48,621 bases of DNA from an uncultured Blautia sp. (GCA_946545475.1 CAMNNO010000001.1:1-48621), one strand, 5' to 3'. Shown: positions 38,610 through 48,483, numbered from the stretch's first letter. Notes: a model not told the origin generated them from the letters alone. Program-made: numbers and translations.

Positions 38610-40955
38610 ATGCTCACGGCAAAGATTTTTCAAAAAGGCAGCGGCCGGGCCGCAAAAGAGATGCCTGTCGCTATTTTTCTGGCCGCCGTCCTTCTGGCCG
38701 CTCTTTCCGTCTTTTTCGGGACAACGTCGGAGGCCCTGGCGGATGAGGGGACGACTTATACGGTTGCCGGCCTTTTTGAGGATTCAACCCTTACCCTCAG
38801 AAGCTCAGGGATCTATACCGAGGATAACGCGATCGGGCAACTGGAAAACGGCGATACCGTCCAGGCAATAAGCTTTAAGGGCAACGGCCTCTGGTATGTC
38901 TATGTGCCAAAGACCGGGCAATATGGCTTTGTGGACCACTATTTCCTTAAAGGAAGCGGCAGGCCGTCCCTCATAAACCCGAGGTATGTGGACCTGTCGG
39001 GGGACTATGCCACGGCCTATCTGGCCCTTCGGAGCGAAAAGGTCTACGGCACCTCAAATATCACAGGCGCTCTCTACGATGGCGACACGGTGATGGTCAT
39101 CGATGCCAGCCATCCGTTCTACTGGTATGTGTATGCCCCTGGCCTTGGCATGAGAGGGTACGTCAACAGGAAATACCTCTCCGGCGATGGGCCGGGCGGA
39201 GAGACTGAGGAAACGCGTATCGATATCTGGACAGAGGGCCCCATTTTCCGGGCTAATGCCGGCTCCATCCTGACCAGGTGCCAGAATGGGAATGTTTCCC
39301 TCTCGCAGGTGACCTGGCAGGCTTACGATGTGGATGGGACAAAGGTCGTGATGGCGGCTAATGAGCGGTTCATGCGCAGCCAGACTTACGTGCTGAGCGG
39401 GTACCTTGAGGGCAACTCCGCCCTTCTTTCCAACGCGCAGGTTTACGTCAATGGCATCGAGGCTGAGGTAGCCAGACCGCGGATCTCACTGATTGCTTTT
39501 TCGGTCGAGCTCAGGTGCTTTCCGGAAAGCTTCCTTGTCTCCTTTGACATGAACGGCCATGGAAGCCAGATCGCGCCTCAGAGGCTCCAGCCCCACGGCT
39601 GTGCCTGCGAGATCATGGAGCCGCCCTATGATCCGGACGCCGTCTTCGCCGGCTATTATGTCCGCTCGTACCCCGGCGGGCAGGAGGCCCTGGTGCCCTT
39701 TGAATTTGACGCCCCGATAAAGGAGAACACATCGGTTGTCTGCGGCTGGAACGAGTATGTGAGGGAGATCTCCTTTGACATGAGCCTTCCCCTGGCCGGC
39801 GGACGCGTAAGGGACGCCTGCGCCTCTGTCGTTGTCGGAGGGGTAAGGCCGGAATACCTGGAGTGGCACGATGAGAATGGGGATGAGCTGGATAGGGACG
39901 ATTATTTCCGGACAGGCAGGACTTATGGCTATACGCTGTACCTGAGGGCGGAAGAGGGCTTTATCTTTGACGACAGTCCCATTTTGGTCACGGCAGAGAC
40001 CGGGATCGTGGCCGGCTATGAGAAGATCTATGACGACCTGATCGAAGTCACCGGGAGCTGTACCGCAGAAGCGGGAACGGTGACTATCACCTTCGAGGCC
40101 GCCCTGGAGGGGGATGCGCTCCCATCTCCGGTCACAGCCCTCTCGGAGGATACCTACCGCGAAGCGTTCCTGAGTGCCCTTGGCGCCCTTCCCGTGCTGC
40201 CGGGCAGGGATGGCTATGTCTTTGCCTGGTGGGAGAAGGTGGGCGCTTATTCGGAGGAAGAGCGGTATATCGACCTCGACTCTCCCGTGGGAAGTGATGT
40301 GACGCTGAGGCCGTCCTGGCGCCTTCCCGTTGAAGAGATCCATGTGCGCGCGGCCATCCCGCAGGATGGCGAGACCATGCTTGTCCAGGCAAGGTATGAG
40401 AAGGAGCCCTCATGGTCTGTCCACCAGCTCTGGTTTGAGGCGCAGGAGCCCGATTTTACCGGCGGCCCCTTTGAGGCCGGCATGGAGGCGGCGATCCATA
40501 TCGGTTTGCTATCCGGCGACGGCTATGCGCTCTGCTCCATGGACGGCAGCTTTATGAGCCGCGTATTTGTCAACGGCATCGAGGCCGATACCGCCCGGGG
40601 CAGGAGCGATGGCGCTTACAGCCCGGGAATACAGGCCCTTTTCTCTTTCACGGTCCCCTCTCCCGGGGAAACGATGGTTTTGCCCTCCTCCCTTACCGGG
40701 ATCGGCGAGGAGGCCTTTGCCTTTACGGACGCCTGGAAGGTCATCGTGCCTGAGGGCGTCACAAGGATAGACGCCCGTGCCTTCGCCGGGTGCGGTCATC
40801 TCCAGCGCGTCATCCTCCCCGCCAGCCTCTCCTCCCTCTCCACGGACGCCTTCCTCGGATGCCCGTCAAGCCTTATGATCGTAGCCGGAAGCCAGGAGGC
40901 CGCCGCCCTCGCCGAGGCCGCCGGCGTCATCGTCTATCACGAGCCGGCAGGCTAA
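38610..40955 (+). CDS. Secreted/surface protein with two SH3b-like domains, InlB B-repeat-like units and C-terminal BspA-type LRRs
   Basis: AAGGAGGT RBS and signal peptide. Two L.LRS...IG.L..GDTV...WYVY.P..G..G.V units; FDMNGHG; LPSSLTGIGEEAF / VPEGVTRIDARAF LRRs. Confidence 0.75.
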   Translation: MLTAKIFQKGSGRAAKEMPVAIFLAAVLLAALSVFFGTTSEALADEGTTYTVAGLFEDSTLTLRSSGIYTEDNAIGQLENGDTVQAISFKGNGLWYVYVPKTGQYGFVDHYFLKGSGRPSLINPRYVDLSGDYATAYLALRSEKVYGTSNITGALYDGDTVMVIDASHPFYWYVYAPGLGMRGYVNRKYLSGDGPGGETEETRIDIWTEGPIFRANAGSILTRCQNGNVSLSQVTWQAYDVDGTKVVMAANERFMRSQTYVLSGYLEGNSALLSNAQVYVNGIEAEVARPRISLIAFSVELRCFPESFLVSFDMNGHGSQIAPQRLQPHGCACEIMEPPYDPDAVFAGYYVRSYPGGQEALVPFEFDAPIKENTSVVCGWNEYVREISFDMSLPLAGGRVRDACASVVVGGVRPEYLEWHDENGDELDRDDYFRTGRTYGYTLYLRAEEGFIFDDSPILVTAETGIVAGYEKIYDDLIEVTGSCTAEAGTVTITFEAALEGDALPSPVTALSEDTYREAFLSALGALPVLPGRDGYVFAWWEKVGAYSEEERYIDLDSPVGSDVTLRPSWRLPVEEIHVRAAIPQDGETMLVQARYEKEPSWSVHQLWFEAQEPDFTGGPFEAGMEAAIHIGLLSGDGYALCSMDGSFMSRVFVNGIEADTARGRSDGAYSPGIQALFSFTVPSPGETMVLPSSLTGIGEEAFAFTDAWKVIVPEGVTRIDARAFAGCGHLQRVILPASLSSLSTDAFLGCPSSLMIVAGSQEAAALAEAAGVIVYHEPAG

Positions 40956-41003
40956 AGTGCCGGGGCAGCCCCCGGCGTGCGGACGGCACACCCTTTGCAA
41001 AAC

Positions 41004-41054
41004 AGCCCTGTTTTTTAGAGAACTGTCCTCCCAAAAAACAGGGCTTTTCTTTTT
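41004..41054 (+). terminator. Intrinsic terminator
   Basis: AGCCCTGTTTTTT / AAAAAACAGGGCT stem followed by a T-rich tract. Confidence 0.7.
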
Positions 41055-41166
41055 GCCTGTTTGGCGGTATCATAAGCCTGTATGGATCAGAGCATTTTTC
41101 TTTAATAATGGCAAAATATACGGGAAGCACCTGGGAGCATAAGGCCAGGGGAGGATAAGGTTTGAT

Positions 41167-41646
41167 ATGATCGTTAGAGAATACAAGGCAAATGATGTCA
41201 GCGAGATGATCGCTATCTGGAATGAGGTAGTTGAGGAGGGCGTCGCTTTCCCCCAGGAAGAGACGCTGGATGCGGTGTCGGGAAAAGCGTTTTTCGCGTC
41301 GCAGAGCTATTGCGGCGTGGCCGAGGACGGGGGAAAGGTCGTGGGATTATACATTTTACATCCCAACAATGTCGGCCGCTGTGGACACATCTGCAATGCC
41401 AGCTATGCGGTAAGCGCCTCGCGCCGCAGGGCGCATATCGGCGAGGCGCTGGTCAGGGACTGCCTTGAGAACGCGTCCCGGCTGGGGTTCGGCGTTCTGC
41501 AGTTCAACGCCGTTGTGGAAAGCAACCGCTGCGCAAGGCACCTTTATGAAAAGCTGGGTTTTGTGCAGCTGGGCACTATCCCGAAGGGATTCCGGATGAA
41601 GGACGGGCATTATGAGAATATCTGCCCCTATTACCATGAGTTGTGA
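41167..41646 (+). CDS. GNAT-family N-acetyltransferase
   Basis: YILHPNNVGRCGHICNASY, QFNAVV..N..A..LYEKLGF. Confidence 0.9.
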   Translation: MIVREYKANDVSEMIAIWNEVVEEGVAFPQEETLDAVSGKAFFASQSYCGVAEDGGKVVGLYILHPNNVGRCGHICNASYAVSASRRRAHIGEALVRDCLENASRLGFGVLQFNAVVESNRCARHLYEKLGFVQLGTIPKGFRMKDGHYENICPYYHEL

Positions 41647-41649
41647 TGG

Positions 41650-43266
41650 GTGAGAACAAGCATGAATACACAGGATACGAGAGATAACAACCGGATCGCG
41701 CAGCTGGAGGAAAGGGTGCAAAGGGCGCAGGATGCCCTTGCCGCGCAGGAGACGTTCCTCAGCAACATGTCCCACGATATCCGCACACCCATGAATGCCA
41801 TCGTGGGCATGACGGCCCTGGCTAAAAAGCATATTGACGAAAAAGCCCGCGTGATGGATGCCCTGAACAAGATCGAGGTAGCCAGCACCCATCTTCTCAG
41901 CCTGATCAACGAAGTCCTGGATATTTCCCGGATCAACTCCGGCAGGCTCTCCATCGGCGAGGAGCTGTTCTCCCTGGGGGACATGCTCCATGACATCCTG
42001 ATCATCATCCGGCCGCAGATGGAAGGGAAGGGGCATCACTTTACCTTTTCGGTGGGCGAGGTGTTCGCGGAGGACCTGCATGGGGATCCCCTGCGCCTTC
42101 GGCAGATATTCGTCAACATCATCAACAACGCGGTCAAATATACCCCGGACGGGGGCGAGATAAGCGTGCGGGTATCGGTCGAGCCTCCGGAGGAGGAGGC
42201 CGGAAAGAGGGCGTTCCTTTTGTTCACCTGCCGGGACAACGGCATCGGCATGAGCGAAGAGTTCCTGAAAAAGCTTTTTGTGCCCTTTGAGAGGGATGCC
42301 TCTGTGGCTGCCTCGGGCATTGAGGGCACCGGGCTTGGCATGGGCATCGTTAAAAGCCTTGTTGAAGCCATGTCGGGCACCATACAGGTGGAAAGCCGCC
42401 TGGGCGAGGGAACAGGCGTAACCATCCGCGTCCCGCTGCGCTTTGAGGAGGCCGGCAGCCACACGGGAGAGCTTTGGGGAAAACGGCTCCTGATTCTGGA
42501 GGGCAGCAGGGAGCAGCAGGACATTTACCGGCAGTATCTTGGCGAAGCCGGCATTGCCTTCGAGACCGCACCCTCCATGCCGGAAGCCCTTGCCATGCTC
42601 ACCGATGCCCAGCTCCACGAAAAAAGCTTTGACGGCATCATTCTCGGAGCCGATACCGGGGATGCCAATTGCCTTGAGATCGCGGCCTATCTGCACAAGG
42701 CTTACCCTGCGCTTCCCCTTGTGCTGGCCAGCGAGGCCGACTGGGAGAAGATCGAATACCGCGCCGGCCGGTGCGGCATCCACACCTTCATCCCTGTCCC
42801 GTTTTTCCGGAAATCCCTGCTCCGCGGCCTGGACGAGGCTCTGTCCCAGAAGAGCACGGCCGGCACCTTTGGCAGCGCGCCCGACTTTTCCGGCCGGCAC
42901 ATCCTCCTTGCCGAGGATAACCTGATCAACCGCGAGATCGCCTGCGAGATACTGGGAAGCACCAACGCCGAGATCGATACGGCGGAGGACGGAAAACAGG
43001 CGCTCGACCTTTACCTGTCAAAGCCGGAGGGCTACTACGACCTGGTCCTCATGGATGTCCAGATGCCTGTCATGGACGGCTACGAAGCCACAAAGGCGAT
43101 CCGCGAGAGCGGCAGGAGCGATGCCATGCCCATACGCATCTTCGCCATGACCGCCAACACCTTCGCCGAGGACATTGCCAGGGCCCGCGCCGCCGGCATG
43201 AACGGGCACATCGCCAAGCCCATCGACATCAGCAAGCTCATGCAGATGCTGCGCCAGATCCTGTAG
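41650..43266 (+). CDS. Cytoplasmic hybrid histidine kinase (HisKA-HATPase-pseudoREC-REC)
   Basis: FLSNMSHDIRTP, NNAVKYT, DNGIG and GTGLG; final REC with LMDVQMP and KP. No TM or sensor domain. Start may be 41662. Confidence 0.9.
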   Translation: MRTSMNTQDTRDNNRIAQLEERVQRAQDALAAQETFLSNMSHDIRTPMNAIVGMTALAKKHIDEKARVMDALNKIEVASTHLLSLINEVLDISRINSGRLSIGEELFSLGDMLHDILIIIRPQMEGKGHHFTFSVGEVFAEDLHGDPLRLRQIFVNIINNAVKYTPDGGEISVRVSVEPPEEEAGKRAFLLFTCRDNGIGMSEEFLKKLFVPFERDASVAASGIEGTGLGMGIVKSLVEAMSGTIQVESRLGEGTGVTIRVPLRFEEAGSHTGELWGKRLLILEGSREQQDIYRQYLGEAGIAFETAPSMPEALAMLTDAQLHEKSFDGIILGADTGDANCLEIAAYLHKAYPALPLVLASEADWEKIEYRAGRCGIHTFIPVPFFRKSLLRGLDEALSQKSTAGTFGSAPDFSGRHILLAEDNLINREIACEILGSTNAEIDTAEDGKQALDLYLSKPEGYYDLVLMDVQMPVMDGYEATKAIRESGRSDAMPIRIFAMTANTFAEDIARARAAGMNGHIAKPIDISKLMQMLRQIL

Positions 43267-43292
43267 CCAGATCCTGTAGTCAGATCCTGTAA
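43254..43292. repeat. Three 13-bp tandem copies of the kinase 3' end, including its stop codon
   Basis: CCAGATCCTGTAG CCAGATCCTGTAG TCAGATCCTGTAA. Confidence 0.85.
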
Positions 43293-43326
43293 TGAGAGGA
43301 ACTCAAAAAAGAAAGGAGGAGAGGCT

Positions 43327-45135
43327 ATGAGGGCCTACCAGGAACGATATATTGAAAACATTAAAGAGATCGATGCCCTGAGAAATATCTTCACCCACGC
43401 CCATGCCTCCTTCCCCGAGTGGCAGGAAAGCCGCATAAGGGCCAGGGAACGGATGCGCCTGCTCAAGGAAGAAAACCTCGCCCTCCTTTTCGACAACCTC
43501 TTTCCCGCCCTCGACTGCCTGCACGAAGCCGGCGAGGAAGAGCTCTCATCCCTGGCGGAATTTGCCGAAGCCCTGATGGACGGGAGCACAAACCTGGACT
43601 GCGGCATTTATATTCTCATCCACGACGCCCTGTTAAGCCTGGCCAGGTTCCACAGGGATGTTGACGGCACCATCCGGGAGCTTTACAAGCTGGGCATGGG
43701 GCTCTATTATCAGAACCGCTCGGTGATCGGCGTGGAAAACGAGACCGCCAATTCCCTGCGCTTCCAGGATGAGATGGCGTTTACGGAAGCCGGCTCCTAT
43801 ATCCGCTTTTTCGAGGAATTTGGGAACGACGAGACCAAGGGCTATATCATCCGCAGCCTGGCCAACATTGCCGTCAGCACGAAAAACACCCGGAAACGCA
43901 TCGCGACCAGCGCCCGGGTGCTGGAGATCGTACAGGATAAGGCCTACCGGGCGTGCGCGCCTTCCCTCCCCTGGGACAGGTTTCTCCGCATGACCTACCA
44001 GCAGATGAGCTCCAACCGCCACATCATGTCCAAGGGCGACCTGTCAAAGGAAGAGCTCTCGGAGGTGCTGTTTGCCTGCCAGGTGGTGTTCCAGCCGGAG
44101 GCGGATAACGATAAGCCGAACGTGCGCTGGCTCTGGCCCTACTACGAGATGGAATACAGCTGCGGCTTTGTGGACCTTAAGACGACTCTGCTGCGCATGG
44201 AAAAGCTGATAAGCCGGGCGAAATTCGATGAGTATGACCCCTCCGGCCTGTATGCCAATGTCCAGCTGCCCATCTATTACGGAAAGCTTATGGCCGAAAA
44301 CCCGGAGCTGCAGAAAAAGCCCCGCCACGTCTATTTCCTCCGGGAGGCCTACCAAAAGATGATGCGGACGCTCCTGACCTATCCGGTGGAGGCCCTTAAC
44401 GATTATCTTATGTATTATGTGAACCTGGTCGTCACGGACTACCTCGAGATCGAAGGCGTGGCTTCCTACCGCGAGGTGACGGCCTGCCTGATGCAGCGCT
44501 ATACGGGAGAACAGTATGTGACCTCCTGCCTGGTGGGCGAGGCCGCATCCCTCATATGCCGCGCCATAATCTCGGAGGATGCGCACTTTTTTGACGATAT
44601 TCCTTTTATAAAGGAGTGCCCGGAGGAGGAAAAGGAAAAACGCCTTATGGACTATGCCAGGGACTGCGGCATCTATCACGATTTCGGCCTTTTAAAGCTG
44701 AACATGAGCCGCTTCCTGTGGATGCGGACCATGTTTGAGCAGGAGGAGAGGATATACCAGCTCCATACCCTGTGCGCCAGCGAAGACCTCAGGGAGCGCC
44801 CCTCCACCGCGCACTTCGCGGACATTGCGCTCGGGCATCACCGCTGGTACAACGGTTCCGGCGGCTATCCCGAAAGCTACGAGCGCAACCGCTCCCCCTA
44901 CCGGCAGATGACGGATGTCATTGCGCTCTCCGATGCCCTGTGCGGATATTATGAGGGGGATATAAAGGAAGCGGCGGAAAAAGTGCAGAAGCTCTCCCAC
45001 AAGCAGTTCTCTCCGATGGCTGCCGCCTCTTTGAGCGACGAAGCCCTTCTTAAAGAGCTGGAAGCCCTTATGCAAAAAGGTCCTTCGTCCATCTACCGTG
45101 AGATCTACGACAGCATTCACGGTATCACATTATAG
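43327..45135 (+). CDS. Protein with a large helical N-terminus and a C-terminal degenerate HD-GYP-like domain
   Basis: YHDFG, H, GHHRWYNGSGGYP and IALSD; AAGGAGG RBS. Confidence 0.75.
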   Translation: MRAYQERYIENIKEIDALRNIFTHAHASFPEWQESRIRARERMRLLKEENLALLFDNLFPALDCLHEAGEEELSSLAEFAEALMDGSTNLDCGIYILIHDALLSLARFHRDVDGTIRELYKLGMGLYYQNRSVIGVENETANSLRFQDEMAFTEAGSYIRFFEEFGNDETKGYIIRSLANIAVSTKNTRKRIATSARVLEIVQDKAYRACAPSLPWDRFLRMTYQQMSSNRHIMSKGDLSKEELSEVLFACQVVFQPEADNDKPNVRWLWPYYEMEYSCGFVDLKTTLLRMEKLISRAKFDEYDPSGLYANVQLPIYYGKLMAENPELQKKPRHVYFLREAYQKMMRTLLTYPVEALNDYLMYYVNLVVTDYLEIEGVASYREVTACLMQRYTGEQYVTSCLVGEAASLICRAIISEDAHFFDDIPFIKECPEEEKEKRLMDYARDCGIYHDFGLLKLNMSRFLWMRTMFEQEERIYQLHTLCASEDLRERPSTAHFADIALGHHRWYNGSGGYPESYERNRSPYRQMTDVIALSDALCGYYEGDIKEAAEKVQKLSHKQFSPMAAASLSDEALLKELEALMQKGPSSIYREIYDSIHGITL

Positions 45136-45156
45136 CAAAGGAGATTTTATATATTT

Positions 45157-46974
45157 ATGGCTTGGTATGACGAAGCTGTTTTTTATCATATTTATCCTCT
45201 GGGGCTTACGGGTGCGCCCAGGCGCAATGATTATGGGGAGCCGGTGCATAGGTTGAATATGCTGATGCCTTGGATCGGGTATCTTAGGGAGATGGGGTTT
45301 ACGGCGCTCTATATAGGGCCTTTGTTTGAATCGGAAGGGCATGGTTATGAGACGACAGATTATAAAAAGCTGGACAGCCGGCTGGGGACTAATGAGGATC
45401 TTGCGGCTTTTGTGAAGGCGTGCCATGAGGCTGGACTGAAAGTTATTTTGGATGGCGTGTTTAACCACACGGGGCGCAGCTTTTTTGCCTTTAAGGATAT
45501 TCAGGAAAAGAGAGAGGCTTCGCCTTACCGGGACTGGTATTGTGGGGTGAATTTTCAGGGCAACACCGAGTATAATGACGGATTTTCCTATGAAAACTGG
45601 GGCGGCTATAACCTTCTTGTGAAGCTGAACCAGCGCTCCCCTGCCGTCAGGGATTATATGGCGGATGTGGTGCGCTTCTGGATACGGGAATTTGATATCG
45701 ACGGCATTCGCCTGGACGCGGCGGATGTCCTGGATTTTGATTTTATGAAAATGCTGAGGAGCGTAACCGATGCCTGCAAGGCCGATTTCTGGCTGATGGG
45801 CGAGGTCATTCACGGCGATTATTCCCGCTGGGCGAATGCCGATACCCTGCACAGCGTCACGAACTATGCCCTGCACAAGGCGCTCTACAGCGGGCATAAT
45901 GACCATAATTATTTTGAGATCGCCCATACCATCCGCTATATCCGGGAAAGGGTCGGCACCCATATCCGGCTTTATAATTTTGTGGACAACCACGATGTGG
46001 AGCGGATCAGCACCAAACTGACCAACAAGGCCCACTATCTGCCTGTCCACATCCTGCTCTATACCCTGCCCGGCATTCCCTCGGTCTACTATGGCAGCGA
46101 ATTTGGCATTGAAGGCCGGAAGGAGCGCGGCTCCGATGACAGCCTCCGCCCGCATATCGACCTTTCCGGGCACAAAAACGACAGGAGGGATAACCCCTGC
46201 ACCGCTCTTATAGCGGCCCTCGGCGCTATCCATAACACATACCGGCAGGACCTGGTGTGGGGAGACTATAGGGAACTTTCCCTGACCACCACCGCCTTTG
46301 CCTACGCGAGGGGGAACCTGATCATTGCCGTCAATAACAGCGATAATGAACAGACCATAAACGTCCCCGCCGGCGCCTCCTCCTATACCGGGCTGCTTGG
46401 AGGCGCGCGCATTGCCGCCGAAGGCGGCCGCATAACGATCACCCTTCCCGCCTGCCAGGGCGACATCTTCGCGCCGGATGAGGAGAAAGCCGGCTGCGAT
46501 GAGACACCTGCCGAAAAGGAGAGCGCCCCCGCCGCGCTTCTCTCGGATGCCGGCAGGAAAGAAGCCGCCCCTGCCGCCCTGCCGGACACCGGCAGGAAAG
46601 AAGCCGCCCCTGCCGCCCTGCCGGACACCGGCAAAGAAAAAGCGGCCTCTGTAGCTGTGGATAAAGAAACAGCTTCTGCGATTGCGAATCAAGAAACAGC
46701 TTCTGCGGCTGCTTCGCCGGAGCGATCGCTCATGGATAGATTCAGGGACAGCCATGTTTCGGCTCAAAATTCAGAAGCACAGAAAAGTCCGGACAAGAAG
46801 CCGGACATAGAGATACCGGATATTCCCTACGAAGAGATGAATGTCGAGCAGCTTCAGGCCGTTATCCTGAACAAAATGGCCAAAAACGGCCCGCTCACCG
46901 ACCGGATGAAAAAAGATGTCGCCGATAACATCTGGCATGATTCCCTCGTCGCCTGGGTTAAGAGCTTCCGCTAG
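45157..46974 (+). CDS. GH13 alpha-amylase family enzyme (cyclomaltodextrinase/neopullulanase-like) with a low-complexity linker and C-terminal tail
   Basis: HGY, DGVFNH, GIRLDAA, GEVIH, FVDNHD and PGIPSVYYGSE. Confidence 0.9.
   Translation: MAWYDEAVFYHIYPLGLTGAPRRNDYGEPVHRLNMLMPWIGYLREMGFTALYIGPLFESEGHGYETTDYKKLDSRLGTNEDLAAFVKACHEAGLKVILDGVFNHTGRSFFAFKDIQEKREASPYRDWYCGVNFQGNTEYNDGFSYENWGGYNLLVKLNQRSPAVRDYMADVVRFWIREFDIDGIRLDAADVLDFDFMKMLRSVTDACKADFWLMGEVIHGDYSRWANADTLHSVTNYALHKALYSGHNDHNYFEIAHTIRYIRERVGTHIRLYNFVDNHDVERISTKLTNKAHYLPVHILLYTLPGIPSVYYGSEFGIEGRKERGSDDSLRPHIDLSGHKNDRRDNPCTALIAALGAIHNTYRQDLVWGDYRELSLTTTAFAYARGNLIIAVNNSDNEQTINVPAGASSYTGLLGGARIAAEGGRITITLPACQGDIFAPDEEKAGCDETPAEKESAPAALLSDAGRKEAAPAALPDTGRKEAAPAALPDTGKEKAASVAVDKETASAIANQETASAAASPERSLMDRFRDSHVSAQNSEAQKSPDKKPDIEIPDIPYEEMNVEQLQAVILNKMAKNGPLTDRMKKDVADNIWHDSLVAWVKSFR
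46550..46633. repeat. In-frame 39-bp tandem repeat (GRKEAAPAALPDT twice)
   Basis: Identical units at 46550-46588 and 46589-46627. Confidence 0.9.
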
Positions 46975-46975
46975 G

Positions 46976-47038
46976 AAGAAAAGGGGACGGTTCTTTTTTC
47001 TTACAAGTCACAAGAAAAAAGAACCGTCCCCTTTTCTT
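46976..47038. terminator. 27-bp perfect inverted repeat (bidirectional terminator or REP-like doublet)
   Basis: AAGAAAAGGGGACGGTTCTTTTTTCTT, 9-nt loop, exact complement. Confidence 0.75.
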
Positions 47039-47047
47039 CTTTTATGG

Positions 47048-47076
47048 TTTACATTCCCCCCATCTTTGGCTATAAT
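47048..47076 (+). promoter_or_regulatory. Sigma-A promoter of the MATE gene
   Basis: TTTACA, 17 bp, TATAAT. Confidence 0.7.
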
Positions 47077-47115
47077 GTGGAATCGCAAAAATCTAAAGGA
47101 TAGGAGCGATTCTAT

Positions 47116-48447
47116 ATGAACAAAGATTTGACCACGGGAAAACCACAGACGGTTCTGTGGCAGTTCTGTCTGCCTCTGTTCGGCAGTATCATCTTTCAGC
47201 AGCTTTACAACATCGCGGACAGTCTGGTAGCCGGAAAATTTATCGGGGAGAGGGCTCTGGCGGCTGTGGGAAACAGCTATGAGATCACCCTCATCTTCAT
47301 TGCCTTCGCTTTTGGCTGCAACATTGGCTGCTCGGTCGTCGTATCCATGTTTTTCGGGGCCCGGCAATACCGCGACATGAAAACGGCCGTTTCCACGGCC
47401 ATGATCGCCAGCGGCGCGCTCTGCCTGCTCCTGATGGCGGCGGGGCTTCTCTTCTGCCGGGAGCTGCTTCTTTTGATCCGGACGCCGGAGGAGGTCTTCG
47501 CGGACTCAAAGCTTTATCTCGATATTTACATCTGGGGCCTGCCCTTTGTCTTTTTCTATAACATCGCCACCGGCATTTTTTCGGCCATGGGCGATTCCAG
47601 GACGCCTTTTTACTTTCTGGCCGCATCCTCCTGCACCAATATCGCCATGGACATCTGGTTCGTGGCGGGCTTTAAGATGGGGGTGGCCGGCGTGGCCTGG
47701 GCGACCTTTATCTGCCAGGGCGTAAGCGCCATCCTGGCCCAGGCCGTGGTCCAGAAGAGGCTGAGGGGCATCAGGACGCCGGATAAGCCCCCCGTTTTCT
47801 CCTGGCCGATATGCCTTCGCATCGCCAAGGTGGCGGTGCCCAGCATGCTCCAGCAAAGCTTCATTTCCGTGGGAAATATCGTGATCCAGAGCCTGATCAA
47901 CGGCTTCGGGCCGGGAGTGATGGCCGGATATTCCGCGGCCATCAAGCTGAACAACCTGGTGATCACTTCCTTCACCACCCTGGGCAATGGCATATCCAAT
48001 TTCACCGCCCAGAATATCGGGGCCGGAAAGCTCCCCCGCCTCCGGGAAGGCTTCCGGGCCGGCATCAAGATGGTGTGGCTCCTTTCCTTCCCCATCTCCC
48101 TTTTGTATGTGTTCGGGGGAGAGATCATGCTGCGCCTGTTCCTGGATAACCCCTCCGCCGAAGCCCTGGGGAGCGGCCTCCTGTTCCTGAAAATAGTGGC
48201 CCCCTTCTATTTTGCCGTCTCGGCCAAGCTGGTGGCGGACGGAATACTGCGCGGTGCCAGCCTCATGGGGCGTTTCATGACGGCCACCTTTACGGACCTT
48301 ATCCTCCGCGTGGTCCTCGCCGCCGTGCTCTCACGGACATCACTCGGCTCCACCGGGATATGGTGCGCCTGGCCCGTGGGCTGGATCGTCGCCACGACAC
48401 TCTCCCTTATGTTTTACTATAGAGGTCCCTGGATGAATAGGGAATAA
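47116..48447 (+). CDS. MATE family efflux transporter
   Basis: DLTTGKP, QQLYNIADSLVAG, GDSRTPF, GVAGVAWAT and AQNIGA; about 12 TM segments. Confidence 0.94.
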   Translation: MNKDLTTGKPQTVLWQFCLPLFGSIIFQQLYNIADSLVAGKFIGERALAAVGNSYEITLIFIAFAFGCNIGCSVVVSMFFGARQYRDMKTAVSTAMIASGALCLLLMAAGLLFCRELLLLIRTPEEVFADSKLYLDIYIWGLPFVFFYNIATGIFSAMGDSRTPFYFLAASSCTNIAMDIWFVAGFKMGVAGVAWATFICQGVSAILAQAVVQKRLRGIRTPDKPPVFSWPICLRIAKVAVPSMLQQSFISVGNIVIQSLINGFGPGVMAGYSAAIKLNNLVITSFTTLGNGISNFTAQNIGAGKLPRLREGFRAGIKMVWLLSFPISLLYVFGGEIMLRLFLDNPSAEALGSGLLFLKIVAPFYFAVSAKLVADGILRGASLMGRFMTATFTDLILRVVLAAVLSRTSLGSTGIWCAWPVGWIVATTLSLMFYYRGPWMNRE

Positions 48448-48483
48448 GATCGCGATGGGGAAGAAATGGGGACGCTTAGGGCA

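Noticed and set aside
41356-46767. Long antisense ORFs (514 aa and 545 aa)
   Set aside because: They are shadows of the kinase and GH13 genes, which carry clear family motifs.
32405-48447. Intact ICE, IME or prophage downstream of rlmD
   Set aside because: No integrase, relaxase, conjugation or phage genes were recognised, and codon style is mostly host-like.
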